Below are positions 21,367 through 30,306 of a stretch of 64,000 bases of DNA, one piece after another; the stretch's first letter is position 1, and every line of letters starts with the position of its first letter. Below the pieces are notes generated by a model, which did no database searches, was not told the DNA's origin, and saw only the letters and a list, made by a program, of their open reading frames with translations. Position numbers and translations under genes: made by a program. This stretch comes from Bacteriovoracaceae bacterium (GTDB taxonomy: Bacteria > Bdellovibrionota > Bacteriovoracia > Bacteriovoracales > Bacteriovoracaceae). The stretch spans positions 1 through 64,000 of the forward strand of contig JABIHA010000112.1 of assembly GCA_018649885.1 (NCBI GenBank), written 5' to 3'.

Positions 21367-22346
21367 CAAACAAAAATTTCACACCAGAGGATTTTATCAA
21401 AAGTATCGGTGATCAGAATTTTGATCCCGTAAAAATTATTACTCTTGTATTACTACTCTTGATTGCATTTGGAGGATACAGCAGTTTTTATACTGTTCAA
21501 CCAGATGAAGAAGCAGTAATTATAAGACTTGGTAAGTACCATGGAACTTTTCCTCCGGGACTTCATTTTAAGCTTCCCTTTAACTTAGATCGAATTGTTA
21601 AAGTTAAAACTAAGCTAGTTCATCAAGATGAGTTTGGGTTTAGAACAAAATCGGTTAGCGGTTCACGAACAATGTATTCAAGTGCTAATTACGATATTGA
21701 ATCCCTAATGCTGACAGGTGATTTAAATGTGGCAGATGTAGAGTGGGTAGTCCACTACCAGATAGCTAATCCATTTAAGTATATTTTTCAACTTGCGGAC
21801 CCTCGAAAAACAATGAGAGATGTTTCTGAAAGTATCATGAGGCGTGTTGTTGGTGATAGGCTGGTGCACGACGTTTTAACCATTGGTCGGGTTGAAATAG
21901 CTGCTGAAGCTGGAAAGCTAATGCAACAAGTTTTAGATAAATATGATATTGGTGTTAGAATCATTACCGTTAAGCTTCAAGATGTTAATCCTCCGAAAGT
22001 AGTGCAAGCATCATTTAACGAGGTGAATGCCGCAAAGCAGGAATCTGAAAAGATGATTAACCAGGCAGAGAAAAATTACAATAGGGTTATTCCAGAAGCA
22101 AAAGGTACTGCAGATAAATTGATCTCCAGTGCTCAAGGTTATGCTGGAGCCCTTGTTAACAGGGCCGAAGGTGATGCTCAAAAATTTACTGAAATGTTAA
22201 CAGAGTACAAGAAGGCACCGGAGATTACGAGAAAGAGAATTTATCTTGAAACAATGGATACACTCTTTTCGAAATTCACCAAGCTAAAAGTTGTTGATCC
22301 CCAAATCAAGGGTATCTTGCCTATTTTTGGAGGGAGTACAAAATGA
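21363..22346 (+). CDS. hflK: FtsH protease modulator HflK
   Basis: TM + SPFH domain; MLTGDLN, NPPKVVQASF, PEITRKRIYLE; paired with hflC. Confidence 0.92.
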   Translation: MTNKNFTPEDFIKSIGDQNFDPVKIITLVLLLLIAFGGYSSFYTVQPDEEAVIIRLGKYHGTFPPGLHFKLPFNLDRIVKVKTKLVHQDEFGFRTKSVSGSRTMYSSANYDIESLMLTGDLNVADVEWVVHYQIANPFKYIFQLADPRKTMRDVSESIMRRVVGDRLVHDVLTIGRVEIAAEAGKLMQQVLDKYDIGVRIITVKLQDVNPPKVVQASFNEVNAAKQESEKMINQAEKNYNRVIPEAKGTADKLISSAQGYAGALVNRAEGDAQKFTEMLTEYKKAPEITRKRIYLETMDTLFSKFTKLKVVDPQIKGILPIFGGSTK

Positions 22347-23278
22347 AAAGGATAATAGCTGCGATTGTCGCATTTTTATTTGTAGTTGTGAGTTACTCCT
22401 CTGCATATATTTTGACAGAGGGAAGGCAAGCAATCATTACACAATTTGGTAAGCCTATTGGAGATCCTATTACTGAAGCGGGTTTACATTTTAAAACCCC
22501 TTTTTTACAAGATGTCCGGTATGTGGATAAGAGAATTTTGACTTGGGATGGATTTCCCAATCAAATACCTACAAAAGATAAGAAGTATATTAGCGTAGAT
22601 ACTACTGCCAGGTGGAGAATTATCGACGCTCTTAAATTTATCCAAACAGTCCAAAATGAGAGAGGGGCTAAAGCTAGGCTTGATGCCATTTTGGATGCGA
22701 TTACAAGAGACACTATTTCCAATCATAACTTGGTTGAAGCTGTGAGAAATTCAGATGATATCTTAAAGAGATTGGAAATTGTCAATAAAGTCAGTGAAGA
22801 TAAAGCAACTGAACTTGACAAGATTCTCGTTGGGCGTGAAAAATTAAGCCAGATTATTGCTGAGAGAGCTGCTAGAGAGTTAATTCCCTTTGGGATCACG
22901 ATCATTGATGTTCAGCTTAGAAGAATTTCCTACGAGAAATCTGTTGAATCAAAAGTTTTTGAAAGAATGATTTCTGAGAGAAAGAAAATTGCTGAAAAAA
23001 CCAGATCTGTTGGTAAGGGTGAGAAGGCAAAAATTGAGGGGCGTCTAGAGAAGGATCTTCAAAAAATAAAGTCTGAAGCTTATAAGGCTGCACAGATTAT
23101 TAGAGGTGAAGGCGAGGCTAAGGCTATTTTAATTTACGCTAAATCATTATCTAAAGATCCAAAATTCTTTGAGTTTATTAAGTCAATGGAAGTTTATAAG
23201 TCTTCACTTAAAGCAGAAACAGAATTTATTTTGTCCACAGATTCTGATTTTTTAAAGTATTTGAAGAAAAATAGGTAA
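22343..23278 (+). CDS. hflC: FtsH protease modulator HflC
   Basis: TM + [27 protein letters not shown]. Confidence 0.93.
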   Translation: MKRIIAAIVAFLFVVVSYSSAYILTEGRQAIITQFGKPIGDPITEAGLHFKTPFLQDVRYVDKRILTWDGFPNQIPTKDKKYISVDTTARWRIIDALKFIQTVQNERGAKARLDAILDAITRDTISNHNLVEAVRNSDDILKRLEIVNKVSEDKATELDKILVGREKLSQIIAERAARELIPFGITIIDVQLRRISYEKSVESKVFERMISERKKIAEKTRSVGKGEKAKIEGRLEKDLQKIKSEAYKAAQIIRGEGEAKAILIYAKSLSKDPKFFEFIKSMEVYKSSLKAETEFILSTDSDFLKYLKKNR

Positions 23279-23283
23279 CTTTG

Positions 23284-24858
23284 ATGACTGAAGAAAAAAG
23301 GCATACAAGCTCGAATATTGAAATACCCAAGTATTTGGGGGATTTCCCTTTGAGTGATGCTGAAAAAGTTCCGGGAGAGTTCCCATATACTAGGGGTATA
23401 CATGAAACGATGTATACTTCTAGGCCTTGGACTATGAGGCAGTATGCTGGATTTTCTACAGCAAAAGAATCTAACGAGAGATACAAGGAGCTTTTGGCAA
23501 AAGGTGCCAAGGGGCTCTCTGTTGCATTTGATTTACCAACTCAGATGGGTTTTGATTCCGATCACAAAATGAGCATTGGTGAAGTTGGAAAGGTCGGAGT
23601 GGCCATTGATTCAATTGAAGATATGAGAGAGTTATTTGATGGTATTGATTTATCATGTGTCTCAACTTCCATGACTATCAATGCAACAGCAGCAATACTT
23701 CTTTCTATGTATGTATGTGTGGCAGAGGAAAAGGGAATATCTGCTAGCCAGATCTCAGGAACAATTCAAAATGATATTTTAAAGGAATACATAGCTAGGG
23801 GGACATATATTTATCCACCTGAGCCTTCGCTAAGAATAATTACGAATATTTTTCAATATTGTGCAAAAGAGATACCTAGGTGGAATACAATTTCTATTTC
23901 AGGTTATCATATCAGAGAGGCGGGATCTACGGCAGTTCAAGAATTGGCCTTTACACTTGCCAATGGAATCACTTATGTAGAAAAGGCCATTGAAGCAGGT
24001 CTGGATATTGATGATTTTGCGCCAAGACTTTCTTTTTTCTTTAATGTTCACAATAATTTTATGGAAGAGATTGCAAAGTTTAGAGCTGCACGAAAAATGT
24101 GGGCCAATATAATGAAAAATGATTTTGGTGCCAAGAATGAAAAGTCATTAAAGCTTAGGTTTCATTCTCAAGTTGCTGGATCTACACTTACAGCTCAACA
24201 GCCAATGAATAATATTATGAGGGTTACACTGCAAGCTATGGCTGCAGTTTTAGGCGGCACTCAATCTCTTCATACCAACTCATATGATGAGGCACTTCAA
24301 CTACCCACATCACAAAGTGCTGAGATCGCACTTCGTACTCAGCAAGTGATAGCGAGTGAAACGGGAATTACAGATCATGTTGATCCCCTCGGAGGATCTT
24401 ATGCACTTGAACATCTGACATGTGAATTAGAAAAGGGTGCTCTCGATTATATTCAATCTATTCGGTCGCAGGGTGGTGTGGTTGCTTGTATAAACAATGG
24501 CTATATTGCAGGTGAGATAATGGATGCATCATATAAAGCGCAATTGGATTTTGAAAATAAGAGGCAAATCGTTGTTGGGGTGAATGAATTTAAAGAAAGT
24601 GCTGGAGTGGATATTCCAAGCAATAAGATTTCTGATGAAATTCAAAAAAACCAGATCGAAAAGCTCAGGAAATTTAAATCAAATCGAGATTCAGCACTTT
24701 GTGAAAAGGCCTTAAATAAATTAAGTGAAGTAGCAAAAGGCAGTGAAAATCTTGTTCCATCAATTATGAGCTGTGTGAAAGCTAGCTGCACATTAGGTGA
24801 GGTAAGTGATAGTTTACGTCAAGTTTTTGGCGAGCATCAAGCTTCCAAAATGATCTAG
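23284..24858 (+). CDS. Methylmalonyl-CoA mutase, substrate-binding large subunit (no B12-binding domain)
   Basis: [45 protein letters not shown]; ends before a DxHxxG domain. Confidence 0.93.
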   Translation: MTEEKRHTSSNIEIPKYLGDFPLSDAEKVPGEFPYTRGIHETMYTSRPWTMRQYAGFSTAKESNERYKELLAKGAKGLSVAFDLPTQMGFDSDHKMSIGEVGKVGVAIDSIEDMRELFDGIDLSCVSTSMTINATAAILLSMYVCVAEEKGISASQISGTIQNDILKEYIARGTYIYPPEPSLRIITNIFQYCAKEIPRWNTISISGYHIREAGSTAVQELAFTLANGITYVEKAIEAGLDIDDFAPRLSFFFNVHNNFMEEIAKFRAARKMWANIMKNDFGAKNEKSLKLRFHSQVAGSTLTAQQPMNNIMRVTLQAMAAVLGGTQSLHTNSYDEALQLPTSQSAEIALRTQQVIASETGITDHVDPLGGSYALEHLTCELEKGALDYIQSIRSQGGVVACINNGYIAGEIMDASYKAQLDFENKRQIVVGVNEFKESAGVDIPSNKISDEIQKNQIEKLRKFKSNRDSALCEKALNKLSEVAKGSENLVPSIMSCVKASCTLGEVSDSLRQVFGEHQASKMI

Positions 24859-24938
24859 GTAATAATTACCCCCACATTGTGTCATAGTACCATCTCCAAC
24901 TAAAATAGTAGTGATACGAATTTTATAAAGGAGGTCGT

Positions 24939-25481
24939 ATCCAAAGTAAAATTGTTCTGGAAAAAGATCTAAAATCTTATTTTTTTGAAGAATTAAAGGG
25001 AATTAATAGCGATAAAACGAGGCCACTTGCTGATGAGTTTCTATTATATTCCAGTGACGTCCTCTACAAATTTTCAAATTCAGTAGAATATTTTGATATT
25101 GTTGAGGGGAAAGTAAGAAATAAAGTCTTAGGACTTAAGCTTCTAGAGTCATCAAGCTATGACAAGGAAAAGCAAAAAAGAACCTTGAAGGATGTTGGTG
25201 ATACTGCCCTGATAATGTGTGGCTATTTTTCTGATTCCGTAAATAACACGATCGTTGATCTTTCATACTATAGAGGTATAGGAAAAACAGCTTATACTAG
25301 GCTTCATTCATATGTGCCCTCTTTCTATGATAAGAAAAATTTCTATAAAGATATTTCTATGGGTTTTGAAGATGTGGTTTCAGTTATCTCGATATTGTCA
25401 AAAAGAGGCAAGGATAACTCGAACGATCTTTTGTATTCCAGCTTTGATGCGTTTAGAAATGACTTCAAGAAAATAGGTTAA
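24939..25481 (+). CDS. Hypothetical protein, probably 180 aa from a non-canonical ATC start
   Basis: Frame open from 24915; AAGGAGG at 24928-24934 precedes ATC 24939; track start TTG 25185 looks internal. Confidence 0.6.
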   Translation: MQSKIVLEKDLKSYFFEELKGINSDKTRPLADEFLLYSSDVLYKFSNSVEYFDIVEGKVRNKVLGLKLLESSSYDKEKQKRTLKDVGDTALIMCGYFSDSVNNTIVDLSYYRGIGKTAYTRLHSYVPSFYDKKNFYKDISMGFEDVVSVISILSKRGKDNSNDLLYSSFDAFRNDFKKIG

Positions 25482-28048
25482 TTAGTAGCCGTTTCTTGGT
25501 ATGAACCTACAACAACTCTGCTCCAATCATCTTTTAGAAATTGAGACAGAAATTTTTGAAAGTCCTCATATTCAGCACCTTGTACAAGCTCATTCACTTT
25601 AAAATGAAAATCGAAACCTAGTCCATGAAGAGCAGGTATTGAATAATTTTGTGCATAATCTTCAATAGTTTGAAGATTCATGAGCTCTTGTCCCGCTATC
25701 ATTGCTTTGATTTTTTCGAAGGTCTCTTTTGAAATTCCATTTTCTCTTAGGTTATTCAAAATTCCTTCAATTGCGGCCATGGCCTTTATGACTTTATCGT
25801 TTCCAGTTCCAATATAGATTCCCCAGTATCCTGCCTCAAGTGCTGAGAAGTGAATAGGTTGGACACTGTAGCAAAGACCAAGTCTATCTCTAACTTCGAC
25901 AAAGAGATCAGATGATTGTCCACTGAGGTAGCTCGTCAGCATTTTGAGAAAGATATTATTCTTACTTGAGAGCTTGTATGATGGTTTTCCTATCACAATA
26001 TGGGTTTGCTCTCGTTCAAAGCTAATATGGTTAAATTGTTTTTTTAAGGCCTTGACTTTTTTATAGGTAGTTTTTTTAGGCTTTCTGGGTTTGATACCAT
26101 CAATATACGGAGTGATTGATTCTAGGACTTCGTTTAGTCCTTGGCTTCCACAGTAAGTGAATACAATTTCCTTTTTATTCATATTTTTTTGGTGCAATTC
26201 TTTGATGGTGTTACTTTTAATGTTTTTAAGAGAGCTTTTTTCACCTAGTAAACTGAAAGCGTAAGGGTGGCCATTAAAAACAATTGACTGGAATTTCTTA
26301 AAACACTGTTTAACTGGATCTTCTTTGAAATTTTCAAGTGTTCTTTTAATCAGTTCTTTTTCAAGTGTTAAGTGTTTGGAAGGAAAGGTTGGCTTTAAGA
26401 GAGTCCCAAAAAAATGATCTGTGAGATGATTGAAGTTCTCAGAGAGACCATGCATGGATAGGCCGTAGGCATTTCTTCCAGAGAAGCCATAGAAGCTACA
26501 CGATTTTTGTTCGAGATCATTTTTTAATTTTTCAAAAGGCATTTTAGCATAGCCTTTAGAAATGGTTGAGCTCAAAAGGTTATATACTCCATTTTGCTTT
26601 TTGTTTTCTTCATGGACGCCTCCTTTTAAAAAGGCATGAAAAACAAATGTGGGGGTCATTTCAGATTGTCGGTATAAGAGCTTAATGCCGGGTTTCAACT
26701 CAATCAATTGTGTTTGTGGGTCATATTTAGAAGTCTTTGCTCCACTTGATTTAGATTTTACCTTCTTGGGTGAAAGTGCTTTCATCTTTTTCAAAAACTG
26801 CTCTAATTTCACCTTGGAATATGTACTTAACTCACCTTCGGGAACCTGAAGTGAGGCCTGAATATCCCTACCAAAAATGGAGCTAAGGCCCTTATTAATA
26901 TCATCGATAGAAGTATTTTTTATTCTTTCCACAAACTCTTCATCGCAGTGGATATTTCCATTTTGCGCGAACCCGTGACCGAGACTAAAAGCAAATGATT
27001 CAATTGATTCTTTTTCAAATACCTTTGAGGCAATATACTGATTTTTTATTTTTGTAGCATCGTCAGCAGAAAAAGAATTCTTTTGAATATCTCCTAGGCA
27101 ATTTAAAAGCTCTTTATAGACTTTCTCAGTATTTGTAACAGGAAAAGTTAGGCGAATAAAATGGCAACCTCCATTTGCAAAATACATGGTAGAGGTCGAG
27201 GCAGATGTGGCAAGCTTCGAGTCAACGACGAGAGTATTATACAGTTTAGATGTTTCACCGTGCCCGAGACAATTTAATGCAAGGTCTTCTGAAGTTGCCT
27301 CATGATCATTAAATGAAGGGGCCTGAATTGAAAGAGTTAGTAGTGCTTGTCTAACTTGTTTTGCATGAACATCTGAGCAAATTTCACCTTGCAATTTAAA
27401 CTCAGGGAAGTGACTTTTAGATCCACTTGGAAAAGAGAATGACTCAATTTTTTCTGTCAATTCATCTTTTTGTAGGTCACCTGCAATGACGATTAGCGAA
27501 TTTTGAATATTGTAAAACTTATTTCTAAATTCAGTAAGCTGTTCTCCGGTAAATGATTTTATAGTCTCTTCTTTTCCTAGAATAGGGTGAGCATAGTTAT
27601 CAGTAAACGCGAGACTTTGCAGCTTTTGAAAATTAAATTGGCTAGGATTATCTTGCGATCTTTTATATTCTTCCCAGACAACTTCGCGTTCGGGGATGAT
27701 ATCATCAGTTTTAAACATTGGGTTTGAAACCATGTCCATTAGTATTTCAACTGTAACTCCGATGTGATCATTGGGAGTGTTGATATAATAGCAGGTGTAA
27801 TCAAATGAGGTGAAGGCATTGATTTCTCCGCCAAAAGCTTCAACTTCCTCGGCGATTTTTGCTCCAGGTCTGGTTTCAGTTCCTTTAAAAAACATATGTT
27901 CGAGAAAATGGGCAATTCCCCAATCTTTTTCTTCTTCAAGTGCAGATCCAGCTCGAAACCAAAACTGCACACTGGCTGCTTTTGCTCCAGGTGAATTTAT
28001 AAAGAGAGTATTTACTCCGTTTTCTAATGTTGTTTGCTCAATATTCAT
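25478..28048 (-). CDS. M16 family (pitrilysin/PqqL-like) zinc protease
   Basis: Inverted zincin motif HFLEH, NAFTS..T.Y; duplicated four-domain architecture. Confidence 0.93.
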   Translation of the reverse strand: MNIEQTTLENGVNTLFINSPGAKAASVQFWFRAGSALEEEKDWGIAHFLEHMFFKGTETRPGAKIAEEVEAFGGEINAFTSFDYTCYYINTPNDHIGVTVEILMDMVSNPMFKTDDIIPEREVVWEEYKRSQDNPSQFNFQKLQSLAFTDNYAHPILGKEETIKSFTGEQLTEFRNKFYNIQNSLIVIAGDLQKDELTEKIESFSFPSGSKSHFPEFKLQGEICSDVHAKQVRQALLTLSIQAPSFNDHEATSEDLALNCLGHGETSKLYNTLVVDSKLATSASTSTMYFANGGCHFIRLTFPVTNTEKVYKELLNCLGDIQKNSFSADDATKIKNQYIASKVFEKESIESFAFSLGHGFAQNGNIHCDEEFVERIKNTSIDDINKGLSSIFGRDIQASLQVPEGELSTYSKVKLEQFLKKMKALSPKKVKSKSSGAKTSKYDPQTQLIELKPGIKLLYRQSEMTPTFVFHAFLKGGVHEENKKQNGVYNLLSSTISKGYAKMPFEKLKNDLEQKSCSFYGFSGRNAYGLSMHGLSENFNHLTDHFFGTLLKPTFPSKHLTLEKELIKRTLENFKEDPVKQCFKKFQSIVFNGHPYAFSLLGEKSSLKNIKSNTIKELHQKNMNKKEIVFTYCGSQGLNEVLESITPYIDGIKPRKPKKTTYKKVKALKKQFNHISFEREQTHIVIGKPSYKLSSKNNIFLKMLTSYLSGQSSDLFVEVRDRLGLCYSVQPIHFSALEAGYWGIYIGTGNDKVIKAMAAIEGILNNLRENGISKETFEKIKAMIAGQELMNLQTIEDYAQNYSIPALHGLGFDFHFKVNELVQGAEYEDFQKFLSQFLKDDWSRVVVGSYQETATN

Positions 28049-28255
28049 CAATGATTTCCTAGGTAGTTAGCTTAGTATATTACCTCCAAAAGGTGCGTGG
28101 GACTACGAAATATTAAGGGCTTGCAGCAGGGCGGTATTGTGGATAATTTCTGTACAGGTGACCAATGATGCCTGAGTGAAATTGTCGGGCTCTGAAACGT
28201 TAGGCCTATCTAGCTAATATGAGACTCTAAATAAAAACTATTTAGCCCTGAAAGG

Positions 28256-28272
28256 TTGGCCCTCAGCTTGCA
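28256..28272 (+). promoter_or_regulatory. Sigma54 (-24/-12) promoter candidate
   Basis: TTGGCCCTCAGCTTGCA: GG-N10-GC with TGGC and TTGCA, 64 nt before ATG 28337. Confidence 0.6.
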
Positions 28273-28336
28273 CATTTAGTCATCAAATTAGATTAAGGTT
28301 TTGTATTTTAAATATAATTTATTGGGGAGTTATCTT

Positions 28337-30064
28337 ATGAAAAAAATTAAATCAGCTATGCCAATTCTACTCTTAGCAGTTTCTGCTTCGATGTTGGTTC
28401 CTGGAACCTCAAATGCAAGAGAGTGGAGTACTGGTCCTAATGGTACTTATAATCTTGATACTTTTAGAGATTTGAAAAGGGATAGTCTTTCAGAGAGAAT
28501 TAAAAAGTTAGAGATTGATATCCGATATGCTGATAGGTCGGGATATTCTATAAAAAAGAAAGCAAGGCTTGAAGCAAAATTGGCTAAACTTCAAATACGA
28601 TTAGATGCGTTGGATGGCAAGGACCGCGAAAGACGAAGTAAGAAATACGGTGTTACTTCACCTCGCCTTAGTGATTCGGAAACTAGCGACAGGCCTGCGG
28701 AGGTCTCTATCCCTCAGCTTCAAGTTGTAGATGTGGCTCCCAGTATTGAAAGAGTCAAGTTGCCAACTCTCTCGGAGCAACGGGAAACAAAACTTAGAGA
28801 AGATTTCTACAGCTTTCCTACAAGAGTGGGGTCAGATCTTGCATGGCCGTCAACTAGCAGCAGTCTAGATGCACCAGATATTAGAAAGGATATGTCGACT
28901 TTTGATTATCAGGCCCAGAGAGAATCATCTTCTCTTGTGCCAGTTACCGGAACTAAAGAAGAGAGAGTTCGCCTATTAGAAGAGAAACTTAGCAAATCAC
29001 AGTCCGTTTCAAGGGCCTACAATATAGTTGATGGACAAAAAATCTATCGAACAAGATCTCATTCACCTGTTAATGGACTCCCTGTTTATTGGGAATTCTC
29101 TAACTCAGGTCTTGGTGGTAATACTTACTCTTACAGTGATAGTCGCTTAAGTGATGATAAAGCTTGGCACCAAGATAATATGCATTGTAGTGACAGCAAA
29201 GGAGATCCTGGATTTAATTTAAATAGACTTGCTGATTGTGGTGGGCTCGATAGAACCCAACTTTCAAATCAGGATCTATCAGGAATTTCAATGAAAGGCA
29301 TTACTGCCAGTAGTGCACAGTTTAACTGTTCTAATTTCAATTCAACAAAATTGCCGAATGGTAAAATGGTTAATGCAAATTTGATCGGCCTCAACAGAGA
29401 TTGCACATTCAATAGTGATGGTTCATTTAGTGAGGGTCCTGATTATAATAAATTAGAAGCTAATACCAAAACTGTTTTTACTAACGCTAATCTCAGTGGT
29501 GCGATTTTATACTTGGCAAATTTAAGAGATGCCGACTTATCAGGCGCTAATATTCGAGGAGCTGACTTTCGAAATACAGACCTTAGAGGTGCCAACCTAG
29601 AAGGGGCAATTTTAAGATATGAGCCTGCGATGATGACAAGTAATAAATTTGCAGGAGCAAAATTTGATATTAAAACCACAAAACTTCCCACTATAGAGGG
29701 ACATAGTCGGGGTATGACAATTGTTGAGGCGATTCAGTATGGGATGATTCCCTACGATGGTGAAAAGCAATTGTCCATTGTTGCCGATGTTACAAAACCT
29801 ATATGTTCTGTTGGTCAAGAAGAAGAAAGATCTAACTGTACTGCCCTTCCACAAATTACCTTTTATGATCCTATAAGTGGAGAAATTCACGAGAGTGGAA
29901 GTACTAGAATTCCCGTTGGAGAGCAAGCGACTGCAAGAGATATTACTTTTCTCAATCGTTATGAAAAAGCCGGAATTCTTGGAGCCGACATTAAATCGGG
30001 AATTAACTTCGAAGATAGTGCTATTATTTTTAGAAAGGCAGACGTAGAGGCGATTTCAGAATAA
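28337..30064 (+). CDS. Secreted pentapeptide-repeat protein
   Basis: Signal peptide MKKIKSAMPILLLAVSASMLVPGTSNA; repeats ANLSG/ANLRD/ADLSG/ANIRG/ADFRN/TDLRG/ANLEG; GGGGAG SD. Confidence 0.85.
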   Translation: MKKIKSAMPILLLAVSASMLVPGTSNAREWSTGPNGTYNLDTFRDLKRDSLSERIKKLEIDIRYADRSGYSIKKKARLEAKLAKLQIRLDALDGKDRERRSKKYGVTSPRLSDSETSDRPAEVSIPQLQVVDVAPSIERVKLPTLSEQRETKLREDFYSFPTRVGSDLAWPSTSSSLDAPDIRKDMSTFDYQAQRESSSLVPVTGTKEERVRLLEEKLSKSQSVSRAYNIVDGQKIYRTRSHSPVNGLPVYWEFSNSGLGGNTYSYSDSRLSDDKAWHQDNMHCSDSKGDPGFNLNRLADCGGLDRTQLSNQDLSGISMKGITASSAQFNCSNFNSTKLPNGKMVNANLIGLNRDCTFNSDGSFSEGPDYNKLEANTKTVFTNANLSGAILYLANLRDADLSGANIRGADFRNTDLRGANLEGAILRYEPAMMTSNKFAGAKFDIKTTKLPTIEGHSRGMTIVEAIQYGMIPYDGEKQLSIVADVTKPICSVGQEEERSNCTALPQITFYDPISGEIHESGSTRIPVGEQATARDITFLNRYEKAGILGADIKSGINFEDSAIIFRKADVEAISE

Positions 30065-30087
30065 GATTTTTATTATATAGCAATAGC

Positions 30088-30121
30088 AAGGCATCCTAAT
30101 TCAAGGATGCCTTTTTATTTT
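30088..30121 (+). terminator. Intrinsic terminator
   Basis: AAGGCATCCT-AATTCA-AGGATGCCTT followed by a long T-rich run. Confidence 0.8.
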
Positions 30122-30306
30122 TTCCGCATCGCGCGGATTGCAAATTCTTAAGTCCTGAGACGCATAGAGTAGTCAAATTACCTATGATACCCATTAATTC
30201 TTACAAATTAGACCCATTATTTCGCGTGGCAATTTGCTATCTTATCGCAACAAATCATAGACTCCTACCGCAATAAAGCTATAGAAAATAGTGCTAAAGG
30301 AGTCTA

